64,000 bases of DNA from Candidatus Bathyarchaeota archaeon (GTDB lineage Archaea > Thermoproteota > Bathyarchaeia > Bathyarchaeales > Bathycorpusculaceae), in NCBI GenBank assembly GCA_963780185.1, contig CAWABA010000010.1, positions 58,081-122,080 on the forward strand, in the 5' to 3' direction. The notes below the pieces were generated by a model. That model did not search any database, had not been told where the DNA came from, and was given only the letters and a program-made list of their open reading frames with translations. Shown here one piece after another: positions 44,136-52,828 of the stretch. A program made the position numbers and the translations under genes. Each line of letters begins with the position of its first letter. The stretch's first letter is position 1.

Positions 44136-44837
44136 ATGAAAAGAACTGTAACTGTAATCTTCATTTGCTTCATCGCTTTTGCCGCCATTGATCTTAACGT
44201 CGCAAGTGTGAAAGCACAATTAGGGGAATATGCCTATGCCAATGTCTTACCCTCAAAAGGTGGAACAACAGATCCGCCTGCGGGAACCTACTCATATTAC
44301 GTTGAGTACACCTTTACGAATGAAGTTCCATTAATGGCGTACCCAGATAACGGGTTTATATTTCAATATTGGGAAATTACTAGCGGTAACGAAACCACTA
44401 TCCTTTATGGTAATTCTACCACGATCTCGGTAGGAAATGGTGCATATTATAACTGTACTGTGCAGGCAGTTTTCCAACGTATTCCTTCACCAAAAATATC
44501 AATTCTGTTCCCGCAGAACCAAAAATACAATGAATCAAGTGTTCCTTTAGTTTTCACCGCTGACAAGGTCATCAATTGGACGGGTTACAGTCTTGACGGA
44601 AACCAAAATGTAACCATAAGCGGCAACTGCACTTTAACTGCCCTGACGAATGGTTTGCACAACATTACAATCTATGCCAACGACACGTATGGGAATGTAG
44701 GAGTTTCAGAAACAGTTGAGTTCACCGTGGCTAAGCCAGAGCTTTTTCCAATTGCGGCTGTGGTCGCTGTTTCAATTGCAGTAGCAGCCTTTGTGGTGGT
44801 TGTTGGCTTGTTGGTCTACTTTAAAAAAAGAACTTGA
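44136..44837 (+). CDS. Secreted Ig-like protein with C-terminal PELFP-TM-basic anchor
   Basis: Signal peptide MKRTVTVIF; GGTTDPPAG..F.YW repeat domain; GYSLDG..NVTI...GLHNITIYANDTYGN; ends LVYFKKR. Confidence 0.8.
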   Translation: MKRTVTVIFICFIAFAAIDLNVASVKAQLGEYAYANVLPSKGGTTDPPAGTYSYYVEYTFTNEVPLMAYPDNGFIFQYWEITSGNETTILYGNSTTISVGNGAYYNCTVQAVFQRIPSPKISILFPQNQKYNESSVPLVFTADKVINWTGYSLDGNQNVTISGNCTLTALTNGLHNITIYANDTYGNVGVSETVEFTVAKPELFPIAAVVAVSIAVAAFVVVVGLLVYFKKRT

Positions 44838-44873
44838 CTTCCCGCGTTCGATGTCAGAGAATGATCGAAGAGT

Positions 44874-45302
44874 CTATTCTATTATGTCCCTTGGATGGAC
44901 TCTCTGAATTAATTGAACTTTGTCGTAGTCTTTGTCTTCGCTGATTATCAATGGTATTTTGTTTTCAAGCATTGTGGCAACGTTTATTGCGTCTTTGGGC
45001 CCTTTTAGCGGGGTCGTCTCGATGATTTCGAGTGCTTGCTCAAAAATCGGCTGCGTCAGTTCGTACTTCTTTATCTTGCTCATTTTTAGAAGATCCGAGA
45101 CGGCGTCAAGAGCAGTTAAGCTATTGGTTAGTTTTGAGAGAACATAGAGAGTTTCTTCAAGGGTTTCTAGGCTTGTAGCTGCATGAGTTTCGCCCTTAGC
45201 GCATTGCGACAATATGGCTAGGCATTCGTTATGAAATTGAGCATTTTTGTCTTTTGCGTGGACGAGTGTTGTAGAGTCAAGAAAATACTTTGGGGAAGTC
45301 AA
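44874..45302 (-). CDS. vapC: VapC-type PIN domain toxin
   Basis: FLDSTTL, LEE, DAINVATM, IISEDKDYD. Confidence 0.88.
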   Translation of the reverse strand: MTSPKYFLDSTTLVHAKDKNAQFHNECLAILSQCAKGETHAATSLETLEETLYVLSKLTNSLTALDAVSDLLKMSKIKKYELTQPIFEQALEIIETTPLKGPKDAINVATMLENKIPLIISEDKDYDKVQLIQRVHPRDIIE

Positions 45303-45583
45303 CGGCTAGAACGTCCGCTCTTTCTGAAGTAGTCTTTCATGCGTTCTCTATCTTCGAATTCTTTGAGCTCCTCGGCTGACATTCCTATTGAAACATTTTT
45401 TGTTGACTCAATGAAATGCTCAAGAGGGTCTTGGCTCGTTTTGTGGAAATGAATGCCCAATTCTTTGTCTTTTACGATTATGACCGCTTCGTCTCCAGCG
45501 CCAACGTGGCAGGCTTCCCGGAGCTCTTTAGGCAGCACCAGTCTACCTTGCTTCCCAACCCTTACCCTGTAAATAGATGCCAC
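45299..45583 (-). CDS. vapB: AbrB/MazE-family antitoxin
   Basis: VGKQGRLVLPKELRE...GD; overlaps the vapC start. Confidence 0.88.
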   Translation of the reverse strand: MASIYRVRVGKQGRLVLPKELREACHVGAGDEAVIIVKDKELGIHFHKTSQDPLEHFIESTKNVSIGMSAEELKEFEDRERMKDYFRKSGRSSR

Positions 45584-45714
45584 AATAAATCACCTGTGCC
45601 ACAACATAAAACAAATGGCACTAATAAAATTATTGGGCATGGATTCAAATTGCCTTGACATTTTTTCACGCTAAACTTCCACAAAACCCTCCATAACTCA
45701 TAGTTGTCAAGAAA

Positions 45715-45780
45715 GTCAAGAAACCTTGACTAAGCCCTTGCCTTCCCAGTCAAGAATACTTGACGAAAATGGTTTAATAG
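45715..45780 (+). promoter_or_regulatory. Tandem perfect palindromic operators GTCAAG-N4-CTTGAC plus TATA-like element
   Basis: GTCAAG-AAAC-CTTGAC (45715-45730) and GTCAAG-AATA-CTTGAC (45749-45764); TTTAATA at 45773. Confidence 0.7.
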
Positions 45781-45839
45781 CTTGGTGGGTCATGGGAACC
45801 AAGTTTCATACGTTAGGATGAGTTGGGGGCAAAAGCAGC

Positions 45840-47957
45840 ATGAAATCCAAGGTAGGTTGCGCCGTTCTGGTTATTCTAGCAGTATCCTTCATTTGGTCGA
45901 CAGCCTTGGGTGCCCGTGTTTTCGGCGACGCAGGCGCGTTTGTCGGCCCAACCATCGCGGCTTCGCAGGGCAAGCTGGATCAAGGCCAATCCATGAATTT
46001 GACGTCTTCTATCTCCGCCGATGGGGTTGCCCCTTACAGTTACCAATGGCTCAGCCAGCCGCCTGGTGCCACCGACTTTTCACCAATCAGCGGCGCAACA
46101 TCCTCGACATGTACCCTCAGTTCTGCGAGGGCTGCTTTGGGCGGCTGGAATTTCGAACTGCAAACCACCGACGCAACAGGCGCAACAGCTACTTCAAACG
46201 TGGTGGCCCTCATCCTGAACTCCGCGCTTGTGGCTCCAGACATCTACGTTTCGCCGATATCAAGCTATGTCCAGTGGTACCCTACTTTTGGCGAAATGGA
46301 TCAGGGACAAGCAGCAGAAGTCTACGTGCACACTTCAATCGCCAGCGGCACACTTCCCATCACATATCAGTGGCTAATCAAAGCGCCTGGTGACTCTTCC
46401 TATTCACAAATAACAGGCGCAACATCAAATAGTTATTGGTTCTCGCCGACTACGTCTTCCGCCACTGGCAACTGGAGTTTCGAGCTTCAGACAACCGACG
46501 CGGCTGGTTCTGTCGTGGCTTCGAACGCGGCAATAGTTACGGTTAACCTGCCTCAGCCGTCGCCGACGCCTTTCCCAGCCCAAACACTTTCTCAATGGCC
46601 TATGATGGTTGGCAACGTGACTGTGGGAAGTGAACCCTACACCGAAGCTTACGATTCAGGCAAGGCGGAAATGTTTGTCGTGAACAGTGGTGACGACTCG
46701 GTTTCAGTAATATCGGACAAAAACAACACTGTTATCGCTACTATTCCAGTAATGCCATTCCCCGCAGGCATAGCTTACGACCCCGGCAAAGAAGAAGTGT
46801 TCGTGGCTAACTCGGGCTGGAACACGGTTTCAGTCATATCTGACGCCACTAACACGGTAGTTGCGAACATCACCGTGGGGGATACCTCAACAGCGAAATT
46901 TGTGACCGCGCCAACGGGCATAGCTTACGATTCAGCGAAAGGCTGGCTATATGTAACCACCACCTATGAAGAAAACGATGTCTCAGTGATTTCAGACAAC
47001 AGCAACACCGTGATCGCGACGATTCAAGTTGGGGACTACCCAAGCTGGGTAGCCTACGACTCAGGCAAAGGCGAAATCTTCGTCACGAACTCCTATGACA
47101 ACACAACCTCCGTGATTTCCGACGCCACAAACAAAGTCATCGCAACCATCCCAGTAGGGTGGACGCCCAAGCGGCTTGCCTACGATTCTGCGATGGGTGA
47201 AATTTTCGTCTGCAACTCTGCAGGCAACACAGTTTCAGTCATCTCAGACGCGACAAACACGGTGACTGCAACTATCCCTGTCGGCTTAAGCCCCGTCGAC
47301 GTCGCATACGATTCTGCGAAAAACGAAATATTCGTAACTAACTCTGGGTCAAACTCCGTCTCAGTCATCGCCGACCGCAACAACAGCGTTGTTTCAAACG
47401 TAGCCGCTGGAAAAGAGCCTCAAGGAATCGCTTACGACCAAGGAAAGGGCGAGCTATTCGTGACCAACTACTGGTACCTTCCCGAAATCATGTTCTACTC
47501 AATCTCCAAGTCGGTTCTGATTTTTTCAGATGCCTCTCCTCTATCAGCCCCACACCTTACTTTAACTTCAGACACCGTCACCAAGGGGCAAAACTCAATT
47601 TCGATTTCAACTTCGGTGGACACAGGCATCTCTCCCTACACTTACCAATGGTTCGTTCAAGACCCAGATGCGACAGCGTTCTCAGCTATCAACAACGCCA
47701 CCGCGGCAACATACAACTTCACCGCAACAGCCTCCACAATGACCGGCAACTGGACTTTCATGCTGCAGGTCACAGACGCCACGGGAACAGCCATAAACTC
47801 CAGCGTAACCACTGTAATGGTCGACCCAGCTGCGTCTCAGAGCTTAATGAGCTTGAACTTGACAGTGGAGACAGTTGCCTTAGTGGGGGTAGCGGTAGTC
47901 ATAGGGGCAGTAGCCCTCGCGCTAAAGAAACACAAATCTTCAAATGCAAACTTGTAA
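45840..47957 (+). CDS. YVTN/YncE beta-propeller surface protein with three Ig-like domains and C-terminal TM
   Basis: Repeats AYDS.KGEIFV.NS..NTVSVISD.TN.V.ATIPVG; three PY.YQW...G.W.F.LQ.TDA domains. Confidence 0.9.
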   Translation: MKSKVGCAVLVILAVSFIWSTALGARVFGDAGAFVGPTIAASQGKLDQGQSMNLTSSISADGVAPYSYQWLSQPPGATDFSPISGATSSTCTLSSARAALGGWNFELQTTDATGATATSNVVALILNSALVAPDIYVSPISSYVQWYPTFGEMDQGQAAEVYVHTSIASGTLPITYQWLIKAPGDSSYSQITGATSNSYWFSPTTSSATGNWSFELQTTDAAGSVVASNAAIVTVNLPQPSPTPFPAQTLSQWPMMVGNVTVGSEPYTEAYDSGKAEMFVVNSGDDSVSVISDKNNTVIATIPVMPFPAGIAYDPGKEEVFVANSGWNTVSVISDATNTVVANITVGDTSTAKFVTAPTGIAYDSAKGWLYVTTTYEENDVSVISDNSNTVIATIQVGDYPSWVAYDSGKGEIFVTNSYDNTTSVISDATNKVIATIPVGWTPKRLAYDSAMGEIFVCNSAGNTVSVISDATNTVTATIPVGLSPVDVAYDSAKNEIFVTNSGSNSVSVIADRNNSVVSNVAAGKEPQGIAYDQGKGELFVTNYWYLPEIMFYSISKSVLIFSDASPLSAPHLTLTSDTVTKGQNSISISTSVDTGISPYTYQWFVQDPDATAFSAINNATAATYNFTATASTMTGNWTFMLQVTDATGTAINSSVTTVMVDPAASQSLMSLNLTVETVALVGVAVVIGAVALALKKHKSSNANL

Positions 47958-47981
47958 GGGCTCAGCGGAGGAGACTTGCCT

Positions 47982-49430
47982 CTATGTTTCGTTCCTCTTT
48001 CCTGCTCTTGTTCTTAACAGCAACGCCACAGCAATAATGGCTATGGAGATTATCACTATCATTGCAATTATCAAATCCTTTGTACCTGACCCACTTATGG
48101 TTGGGCTTGGCGACAAAGTCGGTGTGTTCAAAGGAGCCGCATTAACGGTTACAACAGTTGCTGTTGAGTTTACTGATGTTTCAGAGGCATCCGTCACCTC
48201 AAGAATGAAGGTCCAGTTACCAATTGCTGTCGAAGTTGACGTGCTGAACTTATAGTTTGGGGAAGCTGCGCTGTTGACGGGTGAGTAACTGGAGGCGCCG
48301 GGCGCTTCACTGAACCAATGATAAGCGTAGGGGGAAACGCCCGTCGTGATGAGGCTGGAGTTCAAGTTGGACGCCTGCCCCTGATTCACCGTTTCAGGCG
48401 AAGGACTCACTTGAGGCGCTGTTAAATTTGACGTATCCGAAAGAACCAGAACCATATTGTCAGGCTCGCCCATGTTGTTGAAATGACCGTTTGTAATGAA
48501 AATTTCCTCCATCCCAGAATCATAAGTGAGTGCTCCAGCGATTGTCCCTAATGGAATCGTTGCAATCACTTTATCTGTTGTGTCCGAGATAACGTAGACT
48601 GCATCGGAAAGAGCACAGGCTACGAAAATTTCTCCCCTGTTTGGGTCATAAGCAACATCCTGAGGAGCTTCTCCCACAGGCACAGTAGCAACCACGGAGT
48701 TGTTACTGTCTGAAATGACTGAGACAGTTTGGTCATCATAATTGGTAACAAATACTTCTCCTTTAGCAGAATCATAAACCGCACCAACACCTCCCTCTGT
48801 TCCCGTCGTCACCGTTGCCACCACTTTGTTTGAGACGTCGGATATGACTAACACTGTATTGTTGCCCTCTTGGGTTACGAATATTTCGCCCTTACCCAAA
48901 TCATATGTAATTCCTCCGGGATGATTCCCCGTCGGTATAGATGTGAGAACTGTATTGGTAACGTCAGATAGAACCAAGACAGAAATCTCAGTTGTTATAA
49001 ACATCTCCCCTTTGCCGGAATCGTAAGTCACAGTAGTGGTACCTTCGTTGCCTATGCCTAACGTAATGTTTTCAAGCACTTGGTCTGTGCTGTCGGATAT
49101 GACTGACATGGCTGACACTCCATTCCCCAGAGAATTGGCAACAAATACTTCTCCCCGGTCAGGATCATAAGCTATACAAGCTGGAAATTCACCCACAGGA
49201 ATGGTTGCAACAACGGTGTTAGTTTTGTCCGATATGACTGAAACAGCTCCGTTTTCCAGAGAACTGGTAATGAAGATTTCGCCTTGGACAGAATCATAAG
49301 TTATTCCTGAAGGGGAAGACCCCGTAGTTATTGTCGTTTTAACTTCAAAAGCGTGAGATATGTTTGTGGCAGATAGGAGAAGAATTAAGGCAAGAACTAA
49401 GCTGAAAAGCGCCCTAACATTCATTTTCAT
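47982..49430 (-). CDS. YVTN/YncE beta-propeller surface protein with one Ig-like domain and C-terminal TM
   Basis: Same YD...GE.FV...V.VISD.TN repeats; PYAYHW...GNWTFILEVTDA domain. Confidence 0.9.
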   Translation of the reverse strand: MKMNVRALFSLVLALILLLSATNISHAFEVKTTITTGSSPSGITYDSVQGEIFITSSLENGAVSVISDKTNTVVATIPVGEFPACIAYDPDRGEVFVANSLGNGVSAMSVISDSTDQVLENITLGIGNEGTTTVTYDSGKGEMFITTEISVLVLSDVTNTVLTSIPTGNHPGGITYDLGKGEIFVTQEGNNTVLVISDVSNKVVATVTTGTEGGVGAVYDSAKGEVFVTNYDDQTVSVISDSNNSVVATVPVGEAPQDVAYDPNRGEIFVACALSDAVYVISDTTDKVIATIPLGTIAGALTYDSGMEEIFITNGHFNNMGEPDNMVLVLSDTSNLTAPQVSPSPETVNQGQASNLNSSLITTGVSPYAYHWFSEAPGASSYSPVNSAASPNYKFSTSTSTAIGNWTFILEVTDASETSVNSTATVVTVNAAPLNTPTLSPSPTISGSGTKDLIIAMIVIISIAIIAVALLLRTRAGKRNET

Positions 49431-49614
49431 AGTAACGCCTCGTCTTCCCCATAAGCAATTGTTATTATTAACGCAACATCGTATAATACTTTTTATGCAT
49501 GCGTTCTGCTTTGCTAAAAAAACGAAAGCTTTTTTCAGTTAAAAAGAAAGCGGTGAGCCGCAAATCCTAAAAGGGTTCAGTGGCTAATAAGGGGTAATTG
49601 AGGCTTAACTCGTT

Positions 49615-50085
49615 ATGAAGCGTATTGAGGCACGGATAAAGACTCCTTTCGGGGAAGTCACTATTGAAGGGGAGACCCCGCAGGAAATTCTTGACATGCT
49701 CGGGCTCATCCCGGAAAACTTCGTGGAGAAGTTATCTGATTTCGTTTCTGACAGGTTGACGCCTTCGGGAGCGCAGCTTAAAGGCATCATCGAACCCACA
49801 ACCGAAGGACCCGTAATCGTGACCCGCGAAAACCTGACCCATTACGAAGCAGTCGGCTTGGTTCTGTACGCTTCCACCGAGCGGAAGAACACGGCGGCGC
49901 AAATCCAGAAGCTTTTGGAGTCCAGCGGCATAAAAAGCATGGTTCCCGCACGGCTCAACGAGATGACTAAGCGTGGGCAAATTTTCAAACCTGACCCGAA
50001 CAAACCCGACTTTAAGCTGACGATTCAAGGCGAGAAATGGGTTGAAGATGAGGTTCTAACGAAGCTTCGAGGCAAGATGGCTTGA
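49615..50085 (+). CDS. Hypothetical protein with probable C-terminal winged HTH
   Basis: LTHYEAVGLVLYA...VPARLNEMTKRG...FKLTIQGEKW pattern. Confidence 0.7.
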   Translation: MKRIEARIKTPFGEVTIEGETPQEILDMLGLIPENFVEKLSDFVSDRLTPSGAQLKGIIEPTTEGPVIVTRENLTHYEAVGLVLYASTERKNTAAQIQKLLESSGIKSMVPARLNEMTKRGQIFKPDPNKPDFKLTIQGEKWVEDEVLTKLRGKMA

Positions 50086-50595
50086 GCGAAAAACCCGAGA
50101 AAATCCAGGTTCAAATCAAATACAAAGAGGTTGCGCAGGCTTTTTCAGCTCGAGCCGCAGGAGGCTTGGCTTCTGCTTAACCAGTTTTTTAAAGAGTTTA
50201 TTCCCAGCTTTGAGATTGCACGCAAGCTTTGGCTGGGCGTTGATCTGAAGCAGCTTGCCAAAGACCTTGACGGTTTAGTGGCGTTTTCAAGCGACGGAGC
50301 AAGCTTGCTGGCTCCAAAAAACAAGTTGACAGATAACGAAGCGCTCTCAATTTGGCTCTCCGCGCAGTATCTGGGGCATGAGCTTGGCATGCTGGGCAGC
50401 GACGCTGTATCCAAAGATGAGTTACAGATTAAGCTGGGCAAAAGTGGAAAAATCGTCAGCACACGGCTGGGTGAGTTGGCGAAGAATGGGTTGGTGGCGA
50501 AGACGGCTGATGACAGGTTCAGGATAACGGCGTTTGGCGTGGTGCAGATGCAGAAAGATGTTGTGCCGAGGGTTCGGGCGAAAATTAAGGCTTAG
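50082..50595 (+). CDS. Hypothetical protein with probable winged HTH (frameshift near 50147)
   Basis: TTG start overlaps the upstream TGA (MSEKPEKIQVQIKYKE), then continues in ORF 50131-50595: VSTRLGELAKNG...FRITAFG. Confidence 0.65.
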
Positions 50596-50748
50596 TCAGC
50601 AAGATTTTTGTTTCGCGATTCAATTCTCTGTGCAGTTTGGGTCGCCTGCTTGCCTATTAGGCTCTTCTAGATGCCCCAACTATGCATTTTGCCTCGAATT
50701 TGCCTTTTTCCCAACGATTCCCATTCCCAAAAGTCAACCCAACAAGCC

Positions 50749-50880
50749 CCAAACTAAAAAACCAGCCTAAAACAAACCCCGAGCAGAACCCGCCATTGGA
50801 AGAGGGTACCCCATTTTTACATCAAAAAACCGAGGTAAAAATGGATCCACAGCGACCGAGGGGAGGGGGTCTAGTATTTG
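50749..50880 (+). repeat. Dispersed intergenic repeat, subtype B copy 2
   Basis: CCAAACTAAAAAACCAGCCTAAAA, TACATCAAAAAACCGAGGTAAAAATGG and ACCGAGGGGAGGGGGTCTAGTATTT match the reverse complement of 21671-21768. Confidence 0.75.
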
Positions 50881-50917
50881 TGACCAAAAACCAACACAAA
50901 TACTAGCCATGTTGGCT

Positions 50918-51766
50918 TCAACTTGTGAGACGTTTTTTCATCAGGTTTATGCTGAGGATGAAGAAGAACACGGTGACGACTATTATCCAAACCGTGCTTA
51001 TCGCAAGTATGACGGGTGTGCTGAGTCCAAGTATCGGCTCGACTTTGCCTGATATGACGCTGCGGGAAATGTTCACCACCTGCGTCAGAGGCAGAACCGC
51101 CAAGGCAGTCCCCTGCGCGGCTGTAGGTAGACCTGACAGGGGAAAGAAGGTGCCGCAGAGGAAGAACATCGGCGTTAGGAAAAGGAAGGAGGGGTAGTTG
51201 AAGAAGTCGATGTTGGGCGCGGCGGCTGTGAAGCACATTGCGATAGAGCTAAACATTAATCCGCCGAAGAAAGCCAACGGAATCGCTAGCAGAAACAGAG
51301 GAGAAAAGATTAATGGCTTGACGGTTAAGCTGACTGCTCCAATCACCGCAAGAACGATGGTTGCGTTGATTGTGGCTCTGGTTGCTCCCCACAGCAGTTC
51401 GCCAGCAACAACTTCTTCAACGCTTACCGGCGTAGCCACGATTGCGTCAAAAGTCTTCTGGAAATACATGCGCACAAACGACGCGAAAGTGCATTCGAAG
51501 AAGGAACCGTTCATAATGGCAATCGCAATCAGCGCTGGCGAAATGAACACAAGGTACGGTTGACCCAGAACATTCGCTATGTAGCCGCCTAAGCCTAAGC
51601 CGAAAGCCAGCAGGTACAGGATGGGTTCAAGCAGCGAAGGAAAGAAGTTGACTGCGATGGTTTTGGTGAAGACGTCGAAGTTGCGGCGCCAAATCTTCCA
51701 CACGCGGTACGTCAGCTTGGGGATGGCGAAGCGTGCAGGAGAGTTGCGAAGTTTGGGGCTTGTCAT
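50918..51766 (-). CDS. ABC-2 type permease (NodJ-like)
   Basis: LLEPILYLLAFG.GLG, RMYFQKTFDAIVATP, TPMFFLCGTFFP. Confidence 0.9.
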   Translation of the reverse strand: MTSPKLRNSPARFAIPKLTYRVWKIWRRNFDVFTKTIAVNFFPSLLEPILYLLAFGLGLGGYIANVLGQPYLVFISPALIAIAIMNGSFFECTFASFVRMYFQKTFDAIVATPVSVEEVVAGELLWGATRATINATIVLAVIGAVSLTVKPLIFSPLFLLAIPLAFFGGLMFSSIAMCFTAAAPNIDFFNYPSFLFLTPMFFLCGTFFPLSGLPTAAQGTALAVLPLTQVVNISRSVISGKVEPILGLSTPVILAISTVWIIVVTVFFFILSINLMKKRLTS

Positions 51767-52689
51767 TCTTCACGCAGCCCCCTGCCCGTCAACTTCAGAA
51801 ACACGTCTTCAAGATTAGCCGTTCGAATAGTCACGTTCTGCATCGGATGCTCCTTGAGGAACCCTTCAAAGACTCCGTGAGGCTTATCCGTGAAAATCTG
51901 CAGCCGATCACCCAGCCGCTCAAAGTCGCCGCCTGGAAAAGCCTCCTTCAGAGACGGCAGAAGCTTCTCGTCATAATCAACCTCCAAAACCTCCTCCCCC
52001 ACATGTTTCTTAACAAGCTCGGAGGGTTTACCTTCCTCAATGATTTTGCCTTTATCAACAATGAGGATTCGGTCGCACAGCACAGCAGCTTCATCCATAT
52101 AATGAGTCGTTAAAATTATGGTAACCTGCTGCTTCTTGAGGTTGCGCACTTCATCCCAAGCCAGATGCCTCGCCTGCGGATCCAAACCTGTCGTCGGCTC
52201 ATCCAAAAGCAGGATCTGAGGCTGATTAATCAGCGCCCGCGCAAAGATGAGGCGGCGCTTCATGCCTCCTGACAACGCATCGATAGGCGAATTCTTTTTT
52301 TCTTCAAGCTGGAAAAACTTAAGCTGCTCCTCCGCCCGTTTTTTGGCTTCGTCTTTGGGGATGTCAAAGTAGCGACAGTAAACGGTGAGGTTCTTGAGGA
52401 CGGTGAAGTCAGGGTCCAAATTGTCTTCTTGAGGCGCCACCCCAACTATGCCCTTTATCTCTCTACAGTGGGTGTTAACGCTTAAGCCGGCGACTTTAAG
52501 TTCTCCTGAGGTAGGCGGCAGAAAACAGTACATCATGCGAACCGTCGTTGTTTTACCCGCACCGTTGGGCCCCAAAAAGCCTACACATTCGCCCTTGTAA
52601 ACTTTAAAGTCGATGTGGTCAACCGCGGTGAAGTCACCGTACACCTTGGTCAAACCCTTCGCTTCAATCAAAACCTCAGCTGAACCCAT
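51763..52689 (-). CDS. ABC-2 type ATP-binding protein (NodI-like)
   Basis: GPNGAGKTT, PQEDNLDPD, LSGGMKRR, LDEPTTGLDPQARH. Confidence 0.92.
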   Translation of the reverse strand: MGSAEVLIEAKGLTKVYGDFTAVDHIDFKVYKGECVGFLGPNGAGKTTTVRMMYCFLPPTSGELKVAGLSVNTHCREIKGIVGVAPQEDNLDPDFTVLKNLTVYCRYFDIPKDEAKKRAEEQLKFFQLEEKKNSPIDALSGGMKRRLIFARALINQPQILLLDEPTTGLDPQARHLAWDEVRNLKKQQVTIILTTHYMDEAAVLCDRILIVDKGKIIEEGKPSELVKKHVGEEVLEVDYDEKLLPSLKEAFPGGDFERLGDRLQIFTDKPHGVFEGFLKEHPMQNVTIRTANLEDVFLKLTGRGLREE

Positions 52690-52828
52690 AAAACATCAAA
52701 AAATAACTCTCAGGCAATAACTTAAAACTAACGATTTTATGCGACATGGCGCTACCTTGCGGCTTAGCATGCGGGCATGTTGAAAGTTTAAAGCATTAAA
52801 GCAGGTAACTTCTAATGGCGAGCCGTTC

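Noticed and set aside
43977-45737. 17-bp direct repeat AAACCTTGACTAA(A/G)CCC as att sites of a vapBC mini-island
   Set aside because: Better explained as part of the shared tandem operator/TATA architecture; no integrase is nearby. Not fully excluded.
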